A stretch of 64,000 nucleotides of DNA from Nitrospirales bacterium (lineage in GTDB: Bacteria; Nitrospirota; Nitrospiria; Nitrospirales; UBA8639): contig JAJDBQ010000171.1 in the NCBI GenBank assembly GCA_029261255.1, positions 1,705-65,704 on the forward strand. The letters are read 5' to 3'. The translations under genes and the position numbers were made by a program. The notes beneath the pieces are model-generated. The model searched no databases, was not told the origin of the DNA, and saw nothing but the letters and a program-made list of their open reading frames with translations. Below are positions 49,850-61,112 of the stretch, in pieces. Each line of letters begins with the position of its first letter. Within the stretch, counting starts at the first letter, position 1.

Positions 49850-50908
49850 ATGATTTTAGCTGGCGATATTGGTGGGACAAAAATCAATTTAGCCCTCTAT
49901 GATTGGGAGAACGAACGCGTCGAGCCGATCCGCGAAGACTCCGTGTGGACCGCTGATTACGAATCTCTCGAAGAAGTACTGACAGAATTCCTCGAAGATT
50001 CCGCACCAACAGAGTCTGATTTGGATGATGAGACAGAAAACGAAGAGGATGCCTCGACTAAAGCTCCCCCCGCCGAGAGCCCGTTGACGGCAGCCTGTTT
50101 TGGTGTCCCTGGCCCTGTACTGAATAACACCTGCCGTACCACGAATATTCCATGGACAATAGAGGGTGACAAGCTTGCGGAATTTTTAAAGGTTCCCAAA
50201 GTACGATTGCTCAATGATTTAGAAGCTACTGCGTATGGGCTTCCACTGTTGGAACCAGATGAAATTGAAGATCTCAACCCGAATGCCCCATCCCCGCCAC
50301 CTGACGGGAATCGAGCACTGCTCGCGGCAGGAACGGGCTTAGGGGAATCGCTAATTGTCTGGAACGGCAAAGATTATCAAATTTGTCCGTCAGAAGGTGG
50401 ACATGCCGACTTTGCCCCAAACAACGACATGGAAATGGAACTACTGCGCTATATCCGCACCAGCTATTTGCATGTCAGTTACGAACGTGTGCTTTCTGGA
50501 CCTGGGCTCCACCTTATTTATCAATTTCTACGTGATACTCAGAAAAACGAGCCCACATGGTTTGCAGAAAAAATTCCCGCCGGTGACCCCGCTTCATTGA
50601 TTGCAGAAGCCGGACTATCAGGCAAGCCTGATATTTGCAAGCAAGCACTCCAACTATTTGTATCGATCTACGGCGCAGAAGCGGGGAACATGGCACTCAA
50701 AACACTGGCGATGGGCGGTGTGTATATCGGAGGAGGCATGGCGCCAAAAATATTGCCAGCGCTTCAGGATGGCACGTTCATGAAGTCATTCTTAGCCAAG
50801 GGACGATATAAACGATTGCTCGGGAAAATCCCTGTTCGCGTGATCTTAAATCCTCAGACAGCTCTGCTTGGTGCGGCTTTCGTCGCCGCCGGCATGACCG
50901 CCTCCTAA
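49850..50908 (+). CDS. glk: Glucokinase
   Basis: LAGDIGGT, LLNDLEA, GTGLGE, SEGGHADF, ERVLSGPGL, GGVYIGGG. Confidence 0.95.
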   Translation: MILAGDIGGTKINLALYDWENERVEPIREDSVWTADYESLEEVLTEFLEDSAPTESDLDDETENEEDASTKAPPAESPLTAACFGVPGPVLNNTCRTTNIPWTIEGDKLAEFLKVPKVRLLNDLEATAYGLPLLEPDEIEDLNPNAPSPPPDGNRALLAAGTGLGESLIVWNGKDYQICPSEGGHADFAPNNDMEMELLRYIRTSYLHVSYERVLSGPGLHLIYQFLRDTQKNEPTWFAEKIPAGDPASLIAEAGLSGKPDICKQALQLFVSIYGAEAGNMALKTLAMGGVYIGGGMAPKILPALQDGTFMKSFLAKGRYKRLLGKIPVRVILNPQTALLGAAFVAAGMTAS

Positions 50909-51481
50909 CATTTCTCCCCACCTGATTTTCGAGTATTAATTTTTGCTTTCTTAATAATCTCCTCTAGCCCTTTGAACGCAAATCGGACAACCTCATTTGA
51001 ATATCCCCGCATCTAGGTAAGGCAATTTACTCACATTTATGCCGTGAATCTCTTTATTGCACCCTAGGCCCAAAGGGAAATGATGCTTCTGGGCAAGAAG
51101 CGCAAGACAACGGGATCATGAAGAATGGCTTCAAGCTATTGCCGACCCGCATTTAGCCCAGACAAACACCTATCGTTCGATAGGGATTAAGATATTCAAA
51201 CTTCCTTTTCTTCAAGGCTTTCTCACAGAGCCTAACCCTTTCATCAATATCTGTTATTTCGTCTACTGTGTTCTTTTCGACACATCAGATTGAAATGACT
51301 AGAGAAACTCCAATTTCAATAAAACTGAAGATTCCTCCCTATTCAGATCATTTGCTTTTTCTCCGAGAACAAACAAAGTAGTCGTCACATTTGAACGAAA
51401 TGTCGCTCAACTTTGGCCAGATCGGCCATAGAAGCCGGAATCTCATAGATACGGACGTTCAATAAGAAGGAGGTCATTCCT

Positions 51482-52045
51482 GTGAAAGGTGTCGTATTCA
51501 ATCTGTTTGAACAATTTATTTCCGAGAACTGGAGTGAGGAGATCTATGAACAGATTTTGGAAGAATGCTCGCTTGAGACAGCCGAACCATTTGTTGGCCC
51601 TGGGACCTATCCCGATGCCGATTTTCTTGCCTTAGTTGTCAAGGCAACGGAAACAGTTGGTGTAGAATTACCAGTTGCGATTCGAGCATTCGGAAAGTTT
51701 TGCTTCCCAAAGCTTGCAGAGGTGTTTCCGCACTTTGTCCAGACACACCAACATCCCAAGGACTTCTTAAAAACAATTGATTCCGTGATCCACGTGGAGG
51801 TGAGAAAACTCTTTAAGGATGCTGAAACGCCAGAATTTCGATATGAAGATCCCGGGCCTCAGCAATTAGTGCTTATCTACAAGTCACCAAGGAAGTTGTA
51901 TGAATTTGCTGAGGGTTTGCTCGAAGGCGTTGGTGAGTATTTTCAATCTCCGATCCAATATACCCGAACAGTCCGAGTTGAGAATGAGCAGGAAGTTGCC
52001 ATATTCGAGCTGACCTTTTCAGAAGCGGCGGTGTGTGTATCGTGA
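51482..52045 (+). CDS. H-NOX (heme NO-binding) protein
   Basis: MKGVVF start, proximal His in IHVEVRKL, YKSPR (YxSxR) heme motif. Confidence 0.9.
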   Translation: MKGVVFNLFEQFISENWSEEIYEQILEECSLETAEPFVGPGTYPDADFLALVVKATETVGVELPVAIRAFGKFCFPKLAEVFPHFVQTHQHPKDFLKTIDSVIHVEVRKLFKDAETPEFRYEDPGPQQLVLIYKSPRKLYEFAEGLLEGVGEYFQSPIQYTRTVRVENEQEVAIFELTFSEAAVCVS

Positions 52046-53430
52046 TAACTGACGTGTCTGAGCGAAAACTCGCGAGAGCTCAGAAACAAGTCCAAATCCT
52101 TGAGCAGATGATCGAGGACAAAACACGTGAATTATTCATTACTCAGGAAGAATTACGATCAGCCAAAGAGTACTTTGAAAGTATTATTCGCTCCATGCAG
52201 GACCTATTGATTGTTCTTCGACCGGAGGGAACGATTCAGAGTGTCAACGAACGAGCCGTCAGCCTTTTAGGATATCAGCATGAAGACGAACTGATCGGGC
52301 AATTCATCACAAAAGTGTTGAATGATCAAGAAGGTTTCCATGAACTCTTTTTGAACGTAGACGATCTAGAAGGACCGTTTAATCAACGCGAGTCGTCATT
52401 CATCGGGAAGGCGGGGAATAGTTTCCCCGTGTTGCTCTCCGGTTCAACCTTACGCGATAAGAAGGGAAAATCTTGTGGCCTCGTCCTGTTGGCTCTGGAT
52501 ATTCAGGAACGAAAAATTCTAGAGCAACAACTGCTTCAGGCACAAAAGATGGAATCAATTGGCCAATTGGCAGCTGGAATGGCTCATGAGATCAATACGC
52601 CCATTCAATTTATCGGTGATAATACTCGCTTTCTTCAAGAAGCCTTTTGCGAGCTACAACCCGTACTTGATCACTCCACGACTCTTGTAGAAACCACCGA
52701 AAGTGGCAGTATCTCGATCAAATCCTTAGACGGGATCGCAAATGCGGTCAAAACAGCAGACCTTCCATACCTCTCTGAAGAAATTCCAAAAGCCATCGCA
52801 CAAACGTTAGAAGGCGTTGAACGGGTGTCCAGCATCGTTCGTGCCATGAAAGAATTTTCACATCCTGGGGTGGAAGGAAAAACTTCTGCCGACATCAACA
52901 GTCTGATTGATAACACGATCGTGGTTTCGCGGAATGAATGGAAATACGTCGCCGACATCAAAACCGAGTTTGCCCCTGACCTCCCGCAAATTACATGTTT
53001 TGCGGGACAACTTAGCCAAGTTTTTTTGAATCTCATCGTGAATGCAGCTCACGCTATTGCTGAGATAGTCGAAGGGAAAGACAATGAAACAGGGACCATC
53101 CGGATCGCCACACGGATAGATAACCAGTGGCTCGAGATTAGCGTCTGCGACACAGGCGGGGGGATCCCTGAACAGATTCGTGACAAAATTTTTGATCCGT
53201 TTTTCACGACGAAACCAGTGGGAACCGGAACAGGACAAGGTTTGGCGCTCGTTCATGACATCGTTGTCGAGAAGCATCAAGGAACCATTGTCGTGGAATC
53301 TTCACCTGACATGGGAACGACCTTCTTATTACGCCTGCCGATCAATCCTGTGTTAGAGGACAGCCTCCAGGAACGGATGGACACTCAAAATGAGCACTCT
53401 ACGGCTCACATGAAAGCGATAGAGGTATAA
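52033..53430 (+). CDS. PAS sensor histidine kinase (H-NOX-associated)
   Basis: PAS, AHEINTP H-box, NAAHA, DTGGGI, FFTTK..G.GTG.GL; overlaps the H-NOX gene. Confidence 0.9.
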   Translation: MCIVITDVSERKLARAQKQVQILEQMIEDKTRELFITQEELRSAKEYFESIIRSMQDLLIVLRPEGTIQSVNERAVSLLGYQHEDELIGQFITKVLNDQEGFHELFLNVDDLEGPFNQRESSFIGKAGNSFPVLLSGSTLRDKKGKSCGLVLLALDIQERKILEQQLLQAQKMESIGQLAAGMAHEINTPIQFIGDNTRFLQEAFCELQPVLDHSTTLVETTESGSISIKSLDGIANAVKTADLPYLSEEIPKAIAQTLEGVERVSSIVRAMKEFSHPGVEGKTSADINSLIDNTIVVSRNEWKYVADIKTEFAPDLPQITCFAGQLSQVFLNLIVNAAHAIAEIVEGKDNETGTIRIATRIDNQWLEISVCDTGGGIPEQIRDKIFDPFFTTKPVGTGTGQGLALVHDIVVEKHQGTIVVESSPDMGTTFLLRLPINPVLEDSLQERMDTQNEHSTAHMKAIEV

Positions 53431-53432
53431 CG

Positions 53433-55094
53433 ATGGAAAACCATGCAACTTCGATTGATAATATCGAACAAGACAGCACGCAACAGGTACGGATTTTTTC
53501 GGATTCGCTACCCATTGGGGCCTTCGAGATCAATGACTCAGGTATGTGTGTGTATAAAAACCCAGCTATCGATGACATTCTGGGTCGCTCCATGAAACAC
53601 ATCTTCGATTTTGAATCCTCTGAAGACTACGATGAAGACTGGTTAGATTGGTTTCATCCAGAAGATAGAGTGTTACTCGAAGAAAAATTGACGTCCTTTC
53701 GAAAGTCTTTACAGAAATTTTCTATTGAGTATCGCCTCAACCCCAGCATTTCAGCCAATAGGTGGGTCCAACTCAGGCTCCATACAATTGGGACAGATGA
53801 GGGTTCTCGTTTCTTTGGAACAATGGAAGATATTTCCGAGCGGAAATCTGGTGAGGAGGCTCTCAAAACAGCGCTTATCGAAAATGAGGAGATCCTCTCA
53901 GCTATTTCTGCTGTACTCATTGGCATTGATAAACAAGGTCGAGTCAAAAAATGGAACCAAGTGGCTGAGGCTGCATTTGGTATTTCCTTGGCCGGAGTAA
54001 AAGGACAACCCCTTCAGCGTTGCGGCGTAAAGTGGGACTGGGATGCTGTCATGGAAGCCATAGAAACCTCTAAATTACAAAAAGAGCCGGTGCAAATCGA
54101 GAATATTCGATATGAACGCGCCGATACGAAAGAAGGGTTCTTGGCTTTTACGATTAATCCTATCATAAAAAATGTTGCGACCAATGAAGTCAGTGGATTC
54201 CTCCTGTTGGGCAAGGACATCACCGAAACGCGGCTCCTAGAAAATCAACTCATGCAAGCTCAGAAATTGGAATCCATTGGTCAATTAGCGGCAGGAGTGG
54301 CCCATGAAATTAACACCCCAATCCAGTTTTTGGGGGACAATTCTAGATTTCTACAGGAATCCTTCGAAGACCTCCAGAAGGTATTGGATGGGTACTCCAA
54401 GCTCATAGACGACACCCCGCAGACAAATACTCAGAATGAACAATGCCAGAAAGTCAGATCAATCATCCAAGAAGTGGACCTAGATTATCTAATCCAAGAA
54501 ATTCCTAAATCGATCGAACAATCTTTGGAAGGGATTGAACGAGTGGCCAGTATTGTCCGTGCCATGAAAGAGTTTTCTCATCCAGGAGTGGAAGGAAAGA
54601 CTCCAATCGACATTAATGCTGCGATCGAAAGCACGATCACCATCTCTCGAAACGAATGGAAGTATGTGGCTGAGATTGAGAAGGATTTTGATCAAAAAAA
54701 ACCAATTGTTTCCTGCTTTGCTGGGAAGATTAACCAGGTCGTGTTGAACCTTATTGTCAACGCGGCACACGCCGTTGCAGATGTGGCAGGGAAAGATGGG
54801 AATGTCACCGGAACGATTCGCCTCAGTACCCATGTCAATGGTGAATGGGTAGAGATTCAAATCGCTGACTCTGGTGCCGGCATCCCAGACCATATCTGCA
54901 ATAAGATTTTTGATCCGTTCTTTACGACAAAAGAAGTCGGAAAAGGCACTGGGCAGGGATTGTCAATTGCTCATAATGTCGTGGTGAATGAACATGGAGG
55001 CACGATATCTTTTGAAACAGAACTGGGGAAAGGGACAACGTTTATCATTCGACTGCCACTATTGGAAAAAGAAGAAACTCAGGTGAGCGAATGA
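53433..55094 (+). CDS. PAS-PAS histidine kinase, paralog of the upstream kinase
   Basis: Two PAS domains; kinase core highly similar to 52033..53430. Confidence 0.9.
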   Translation: MENHATSIDNIEQDSTQQVRIFSDSLPIGAFEINDSGMCVYKNPAIDDILGRSMKHIFDFESSEDYDEDWLDWFHPEDRVLLEEKLTSFRKSLQKFSIEYRLNPSISANRWVQLRLHTIGTDEGSRFFGTMEDISERKSGEEALKTALIENEEILSAISAVLIGIDKQGRVKKWNQVAEAAFGISLAGVKGQPLQRCGVKWDWDAVMEAIETSKLQKEPVQIENIRYERADTKEGFLAFTINPIIKNVATNEVSGFLLLGKDITETRLLENQLMQAQKLESIGQLAAGVAHEINTPIQFLGDNSRFLQESFEDLQKVLDGYSKLIDDTPQTNTQNEQCQKVRSIIQEVDLDYLIQEIPKSIEQSLEGIERVASIVRAMKEFSHPGVEGKTPIDINAAIESTITISRNEWKYVAEIEKDFDQKKPIVSCFAGKINQVVLNLIVNAAHAVADVAGKDGNVTGTIRLSTHVNGEWVEIQIADSGAGIPDHICNKIFDPFFTTKEVGKGTGQGLSIAHNVVVNEHGGTISFETELGKGTTFIIRLPLLEKEETQVSE

Positions 55095-55169
55095 GAACAT
55101 CTCCTAACTCCAGCGTGGCTGGGCCCACAAGCAACACAGACCAATCGAGAAAAGAGTGAGGAATCTAGA

Positions 55170-56360
55170 ATGCCAATAGAAAAAAGAAAAGTACTGTTTG
55201 TGGATGATGAACCGAATGTCCTTCAAGGACTTCGTCGAATGCTCAGAAGCATGCGGGATCAATGGGACATGTCTTTCGCGGAAAGTGGAAAGGACGCATT
55301 GGATCTTCTGCAAACGAACAATCATGATGCCATTGTATCGGACATGCGTATGCCAGGAATGGATGGAGCTCAACTGTTGCTTGAAGTCAAAAGTCGCCAT
55401 CCGCAGATGGTAAGAATCATTCTGTCAGGTCAGTCTGAACAAGAAAAAATCCTTCGTTCCATCGGCCCAACCCATAGATTCTTATCAAAGCCATGTTTAC
55501 CAGAGACCCTGAAGCAGACACTTGAATCTGCTTGCATTCTTCATCAAACGATTCAAGATCCAAATCTCATTCGTATCATCTCTGACTTAGAAACCCTTCC
55601 TAGCTTGTCAGGGATTTATGAAAAAGTGATGGCAGAAATGGAAGATCCGTCTTCATCACTTGAGAAAATAGGTAAAATCATTTCGACAGATATAGGGATG
55701 ACCGCGAAAATTCTTCATGTGGCAAACTCGGCCTTTTACGGACAACATCATCACGTTTCAAATGTTGAGCAAGCCGTCATGTTGCTCGGAATGAATACAC
55801 TCCGTGCCCTCGTATTGCACACACAAATTTTTTCGACGTTTGACCAGAAGACAGTCAATAACTTTTCCATGGATGCCCTCTGGAATCATAGTATTACCAC
55901 GGCGTCTTTTGCGCGAATGATTGCATCAGAAGAGACGAAGGATCAATGGATTATTGAAGACTCATTTGCCTCAGGACTCCTTCACGATGTTGGAGAACTC
56001 ATTTTCGCAACCAATCTACCTATAAAGTACGATGAAGCCTTAGCACTTGCTCGAAACGAAGGACTTGTGCGTTGGGAAGCGGAACAAAGAGTCCTCGGAA
56101 CGACCCATATGGAAATAGGGGCACATCTACTCGGACTCTGGGGATTGCCAGACTCAATCATCGAATCATTGGCATTTCATCATCAACCCAGCCGTAGTGG
56201 GAACCAAACATTCACACCGCTCACAGCCGTTCATATTGCTGATTCACTTGATAAAGATGATCAAAATGAAACGACAATTAATGACCATGGCCAATTTGAT
56301 TCCGTCTACCTGGAACAACTTGGCATCACAAAACGAATCGATCAATGGTGTATGGCATAG
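55170..56360 (+). CDS. Response regulator with HDOD domain
   Basis: LFVDDE, SDMRMPGMDG receiver; LPSL...ANSAFY, LWNHS, GLLHDVG, W.LP HDOD motifs. Confidence 0.9.
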   Translation: MPIEKRKVLFVDDEPNVLQGLRRMLRSMRDQWDMSFAESGKDALDLLQTNNHDAIVSDMRMPGMDGAQLLLEVKSRHPQMVRIILSGQSEQEKILRSIGPTHRFLSKPCLPETLKQTLESACILHQTIQDPNLIRIISDLETLPSLSGIYEKVMAEMEDPSSSLEKIGKIISTDIGMTAKILHVANSAFYGQHHHVSNVEQAVMLLGMNTLRALVLHTQIFSTFDQKTVNNFSMDALWNHSITTASFARMIASEETKDQWIIEDSFASGLLHDVGELIFATNLPIKYDEALALARNEGLVRWEAEQRVLGTTHMEIGAHLLGLWGLPDSIIESLAFHHQPSRSGNQTFTPLTAVHIADSLDKDDQNETTINDHGQFDSVYLEQLGITKRIDQWCMA

Positions 56361-56384
56361 CCTCTATTAGGAAGGAAGCGGATC

Positions 56385-57554
56385 ATGGAAGCTCCGACTG
56401 AGAAAATTCTATTTGTTGATGACGAATCCAATGTGCTTGAAGGAATTCAAAGACAACTCCGTAAGCAGTTTCAAATTGAGACAGCATTAGGACCAGAAAA
56501 AGGGTTGGCAACTGTCGAAAGTCAAGGGCCGTATGCAGTCATTGTGAGTGACATGCGCATGCCCGGCATGAACGGCGTAGAATTTTTCACTCAACTACAG
56601 CTTCGTAACACAGATAGTGTTCGCATGATGTTGACAGGTAATGCGGACATGCAAACAGCCATTGATGCCGTGAATGATGGGCATATTTTTCGATTTCTGA
56701 CGAAACCCTGCCCGTCTGAATCACTAACAAAAGCACTTGAAGCCGGGCTACAACAATATCGCCTGATCCAAGGAGAGAAAGAGCTTCTTGAACAAACGCT
56801 GCGCGGCAGCATCGAAGCCTTGACTGATATTCTCGCGTTAGTCAATCCAGAAGCCTTTGGTCGATCTTCTCGAGTGACCCGATACGTCAAGAACATGGCC
56901 ACATACTTAGAAGTTCCTGAAATTTGGCGTTGCGAAATGTCGGCAATGCTGTCGCAAATTGGATGCGTTATTCTGCCAGATGGCGTCCTCAAGAAAGTGT
57001 ATGCAGGGGAACCCTTAGAAGCGGAGGAATCTCAACTCTATGCTCAACATCCCTTCATAGCCTCAGATCTTCTCGGAAAGATTCCTCGCATGAAGGACAT
57101 GTCAACAATCATTGCTTTTCAAGAGAAGCATTTTGATGGCACAGGGCCCCCGCATGAAAACTGTGAAGGAGAAGCCATTCCTATGGGGTCACGATTACTT
57201 AAAGTCGCCTTGGACTTTGATGCTCTTGATACAGCAGGAATGGACAAAACGCAGGCATTTGATGAACTAGTCGAACGAACAGGGTGGTATGACCCTTCCG
57301 TTCTCAAAGCCTTGAAACTGACTTGTGCAACCGAAATGGGGTATGAAGAGAAAAGCCTGAAAGTCAGAGAACTTCATGAACATATGATCCTAGCCGAAGA
57401 ACTCCGTGGGACAAAAGGGGCTATCTTGCTCGCTAAGGGACAAGGTGTAACGAAAACCTTGATCAGTCGCCTTGAGAATAGTCTGCATGCGGGTCAGGTT
57501 CAAGAACCAATAAAAGTTTTAGTCCCGATATCAAAAATCATGGAACCTGTGTAA
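56385..57554 (+). CDS. Response regulator with degenerate HD-GYP domain
   Basis: Receiver (VDDE, SDMRMPG); HD replaced by SQ (AMLSQIG) and GYP by GPP (FDGTGPP). Confidence 0.85.
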   Translation: MEAPTEKILFVDDESNVLEGIQRQLRKQFQIETALGPEKGLATVESQGPYAVIVSDMRMPGMNGVEFFTQLQLRNTDSVRMMLTGNADMQTAIDAVNDGHIFRFLTKPCPSESLTKALEAGLQQYRLIQGEKELLEQTLRGSIEALTDILALVNPEAFGRSSRVTRYVKNMATYLEVPEIWRCEMSAMLSQIGCVILPDGVLKKVYAGEPLEAEESQLYAQHPFIASDLLGKIPRMKDMSTIIAFQEKHFDGTGPPHENCEGEAIPMGSRLLKVALDFDALDTAGMDKTQAFDELVERTGWYDPSVLKALKLTCATEMGYEEKSLKVRELHEHMILAEELRGTKGAILLAKGQGVTKTLISRLENSLHAGQVQEPIKVLVPISKIMEPV

Positions 57555-57600
57555 GCGACAGTCTGGGTTTTTGAATATAGGAACCATACGGCTTAGACCT

Positions 57601-58260
57601 AGATTGTTATTTGTGAATAATGAACCCGCTTTTCTCGAAATCCTCCAAGGTCCATTGCGAAAAGAACCATCTGTGATTCTGAGTGCGAACTCTGCAAAAG
57701 ACGATTGAGAGATTCTTAAGACTCAGACTATTGATGCTGTTGCGTCAGACCATTTCATGCCTGGAATGACCGGCATAGATTTCCTTCAACATGTCAAACA
57801 GACATATCCAGATATTTGAGATTAATTTCAACTGGCCATGAAGACATGGTACTCGCTCAGCAAACAACACGAAATGGAAGAGCTTATCGATTTAACGACA
57901 CCCTGCCACCCCTTTGATTACGTCATTACGATTCAACTAGGCATTGAAAAAAACTCTTGAAACGACCACCCATCATCTGCATTAGATCCTTAACTGCGCC
58001 TTGTCCACTCACCAGTTACAGGAACGATCTCCAGTAATGAGGGAACTTATTTCAACAGATTCTTGAAATAGCAGCACTGAATTCAACTAATCTCATCACT
58101 GGTGAGAGCGGCATAGGGAAAACAACGGTCGCTCGAATGATTCATCAGGCGAGTCCACGTCGTTCTTATCCATTTATTTCAGAGAGCTGCACGGCCTTGC
58201 CTCGTGATCTGATTGAGGCGGAATTGTTCGGTCATGAGCGAGGAGCTATTGCAGGGGTAA
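57601..58260 (+). pseudogene. Decayed NtrC-like sigma54 response regulator (REC plus AAA+ remnant)
   Basis: RLLFVNNEP...*...SDHFMPGMTGIDFL...YPDI* with in-frame stops; then LITGESGIGKTTVARMIHQAS...EAELFGHERGAIAG, truncated. Confidence 0.85.
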
Positions 58261-58457
58261 TCTTCAGAAGTGGGCATTCAGTTTTTCATCATTAAAATGA
58301 CGCTGCAGAAGACAAGAGTGCAGTGAAATCAGTATAATCATTAAGAAATGGCGATTTAAGGGAATCAGAGAATTTCCTGTTTTATGCTAGGACATCATGC
58401 CAAGAGCACGCCAATATCAGATGATAAATAGCCCAATTACCTCAACAGATTGAGTCC

Positions 58458-59153
58458 ATGACACCTGATCAACACAAAGCCCAAGCCGCACAGAAGGCCG
58501 TTGAGTATGTACAAGACGGACACATTCTCGGATTAGGCACAGGCTCAACTGTCCTTCATTTCCTCACAGCCCTAGGAACACGAGTACAAAACGGCCTTCA
58601 CGTTAAAGGAGTCCCAACCTCTCAAGCCACGGCAGATTACGCCACAAAACTTGGCATTCCTTTATTGAATGATGATGAACCCTGGGATATCGATGTGGCT
58701 GTCGATGGGGCAGATCAAGTTGATCCACATCTGAATCTTATCAAAGGAGGTGGAGGCGCCTTACTTCGAGAAAAAATTGTGGCTCGAGCCGCCAAACAAT
58801 TCATTGTGATTGTGGATGCGGCGAAACAACGGCCGCAATTGGGATTACCGTTTCCGCTACCCGTGGAAATTCTCTCCTTTGGCTGGAGTACAACGCAACG
58901 ACATCTGGAAAAAATGGGTTGGAATGCCCCCAGGCGAGAGCAGGCGGGGAACCCTTTTATGACTGACAACGGCCATTACATTGTTGATGTGCAAATTCCA
59001 GTCATCGCTGATCCAGCTTCCCTCGAATCAGCCATCCTTCAAATCCCAGGGGTCGTTGAATGCGGCCTCTTTGTCAACATGACCTCTCTCGTCATAACCG
59101 GAACCGATAAAGGTATCCAACTCAGTCAGACTCCTAATCAGCCTAGCCCATAA
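58458..59153 (+). CDS. rpiA: Ribose-5-phosphate isomerase A
   Basis: GLGTGST, DGADQVD, IKGGGGALLREK, PGVVECGLF. Confidence 0.96.
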   Translation: MTPDQHKAQAAQKAVEYVQDGHILGLGTGSTVLHFLTALGTRVQNGLHVKGVPTSQATADYATKLGIPLLNDDEPWDIDVAVDGADQVDPHLNLIKGGGGALLREKIVARAAKQFIVIVDAAKQRPQLGLPFPLPVEILSFGWSTTQRHLEKMGWNAPRREQAGNPFMTDNGHYIVDVQIPVIADPASLESAILQIPGVVECGLFVNMTSLVITGTDKGIQLSQTPNQPSP

Positions 59154-59253
59154 TCAGCAATATTGCTTACCCATCCTTAGACAGCAGGGCAGTTGAATAT
59201 TCCTCAAAGATCTCTCGTAAATGCTACAGGAAATTGTGTTGCCAACAGCTGAC

Positions 59254-59374
59254 GGGAATAGTCAAAAAAGTCAGCCAGCAAGGCCACAGCCGTTTTGGCG
59301 CGCGGAGCGTACTTCCAGTACGTGAGCACGGCAAAAGGGCGAGAACGCCGCTGGAGGCTTTTTTCAACATTACC
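59254..59374 (+). repeat. Dispersed structured repeat, copy 2
   Basis: CCAGCAAGGCCACAGCC...GCGCGGAGCGTAC...GTACGTGAGCAC...GGCGAGAACGCCGCTGG...TTTTTTCAAC. Confidence 0.8.
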
Positions 59375-59505
59375 ACAACGTGTTCCGCCCGCGTGCACGA
59401 GGATGGTATGATGAAAAACTCTTATTCTTCAAAATTCGAACGCCCTCGTCTCATGACTTGGGAAACGAGATTCGAAAACCGACATAGCTAGATAAGGAGT
59501 TACCC

Positions 59506-61056
59506 ATGAGGGAGTTTGTCAGCGGAGGAAAGCAGGTAGGAGGAAAAAGCATGCAGTTGATTGGTAAACTGACTATCTTGGGGTTGCTGATATTTTCGCA
59601 AATCCAGTGTTCAGAAGCCCCCTCTCAAACGCCATCTGCCACAACCCCTACTGACGCGCTCGCTACAGTCGTACCTCAACCAGCGATGGCGATGGCTTCG
59701 GATGCCCCTCCTGCCGTCACAGTCTCTACCCCGCTTCTCGCCTCTAATGAGACATTTATCAAAGTTTCGAAAGACGCAATGGCGTCGGTGGTCAATATCT
59801 CCGCCACCAAACGTGCCGCAAAAGCACCAGATAGTCCACTTTCCGAGGATCCGCTGTTCCGCCGATTTTTCGGAGAAGAATTTGAACGCCGCTTCAAGCA
59901 ACCTCGCCAGCAACCAGAGCAAGGCCTGGGTTCCGGCGTCATCGTCTCTAACGACGGCTACATCGTGACAAATAATCACGTCGTGGAAAAAGCCGATGAA
60001 CTCATGGTGCTCTTAGGAGACAAGCGAAAATTGCCAGCCAAACTTGTTGGCACCGACCCGAAAACAGATTTAGCCGTCATCAAGATAGACGCCACGGGAT
60101 TACCGACTTTGCCCTGGGGCAACTCTGTAACCCTGCAGGCTGGTGAACTCGTGCTAGCGGTTGGCAACCCCTTTGGACTCAACCAAACCGTCACGATGGG
60201 TATTATTAGTGCAGTTGGTCGGGCTAATGTGGGCATCGTCGACTACGAAAATTTCATTCAAACTGATGCTGCCATTAATCCTGGCAATTCAGGCGGCGCC
60301 TTGGTTAATTTGCAAGGGCAACTGATTGGCATTAATACGGCAATCTTTTCCCGATCCGGTGGCTATATGGGCATTGGCTTTGCCATCCCCAGTCAAATGG
60401 TGAAACGCGTCATGGAAAGCCTCATCGGCCATGGCAAAGTCATCCGAGGATGGTTAGGTGTCTCAATCCAGGAATTATCTGAAGATCTTGCGAAACAATT
60501 TGATGCCCCTGACACACAAGGCGCATTGGTGGGCGACGTCTTTAGCACCAGCCCTGCAGGCTTAGCGGGCCTGCAACGCGGCGATATCATTCGAGCCTAC
60601 AACGGGGGTCAGGTCAAGAATCCTACCCACCTTCGTTCATTGGTCGCAGATACTGCACCTAATTCTTCCGTTCCAATGACCATTTTACGAGATAGCAAGG
60701 AAGTCACAATTTCTGTCTCGATAGGCGAAATGCCTAAAAATGTGGCATCCTTAGCCAAAGCTAGCCCTGAGTCTCTCCAAGGCGACCATGCGTTAACAGG
60801 GCTCTCGGTTGAAGCCGTGAAGCCCGGGCAAACGACTGAAGGCAGCGGTGTGACTGTCACGCAGGTTCTACCCAATTCCCCTGCTGACCGCGCAGGCATA
60901 CGTCCAGGCGATATTCTAGTGGAGGTTAATCGTCAAGCGATTCGATCTGTGAACGAATTTGAGCAACTCGCGCAAGAGCTTGATGCGAAAGCTCCCGTGC
61001 TGGCGCTTATCCAACGAGGCAAAGGCACGATTTTCATCACAATCAAACCATCATAA
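59506..61056 (+). CDS. DegP/DegQ (Do) family serine endoprotease with two PDZ domains
   Basis: GLGSGVI, TNNHVV, DLAV, IQTDAAINPGNSGG. Confidence 0.95.
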   Translation: MREFVSGGKQVGGKSMQLIGKLTILGLLIFSQIQCSEAPSQTPSATTPTDALATVVPQPAMAMASDAPPAVTVSTPLLASNETFIKVSKDAMASVVNISATKRAAKAPDSPLSEDPLFRRFFGEEFERRFKQPRQQPEQGLGSGVIVSNDGYIVTNNHVVEKADELMVLLGDKRKLPAKLVGTDPKTDLAVIKIDATGLPTLPWGNSVTLQAGELVLAVGNPFGLNQTVTMGIISAVGRANVGIVDYENFIQTDAAINPGNSGGALVNLQGQLIGINTAIFSRSGGYMGIGFAIPSQMVKRVMESLIGHGKVIRGWLGVSIQELSEDLAKQFDAPDTQGALVGDVFSTSPAGLAGLQRGDIIRAYNGGQVKNPTHLRSLVADTAPNSSVPMTILRDSKEVTISVSIGEMPKNVASLAKASPESLQGDHALTGLSVEAVKPGQTTEGSGVTVTQVLPNSPADRAGIRPGDILVEVNRQAIRSVNEFEQLAQELDAKAPVLALIQRGKGTIFITIKPS

Positions 61057-61112
61057 TAATCACCTTATTGAGCCACAAAGATAATCAATAAGAGCCTGCT
61101 TTTTAGAAAACA

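Noticed and set aside
51060-51150. Possible c-di-GMP-I riboswitch upstream of the H-NOX operon (GCGCAAGAC...TTGCCGA)
   Set aside because: Lacks the GGCAAA-stem-GAAA arm and the expected pairing; only superficial word matches.
58398-58413. Sigma54-like GG-N10-GC on the minus strand
   Set aside because: Weak match that points antisense into a pseudogene.
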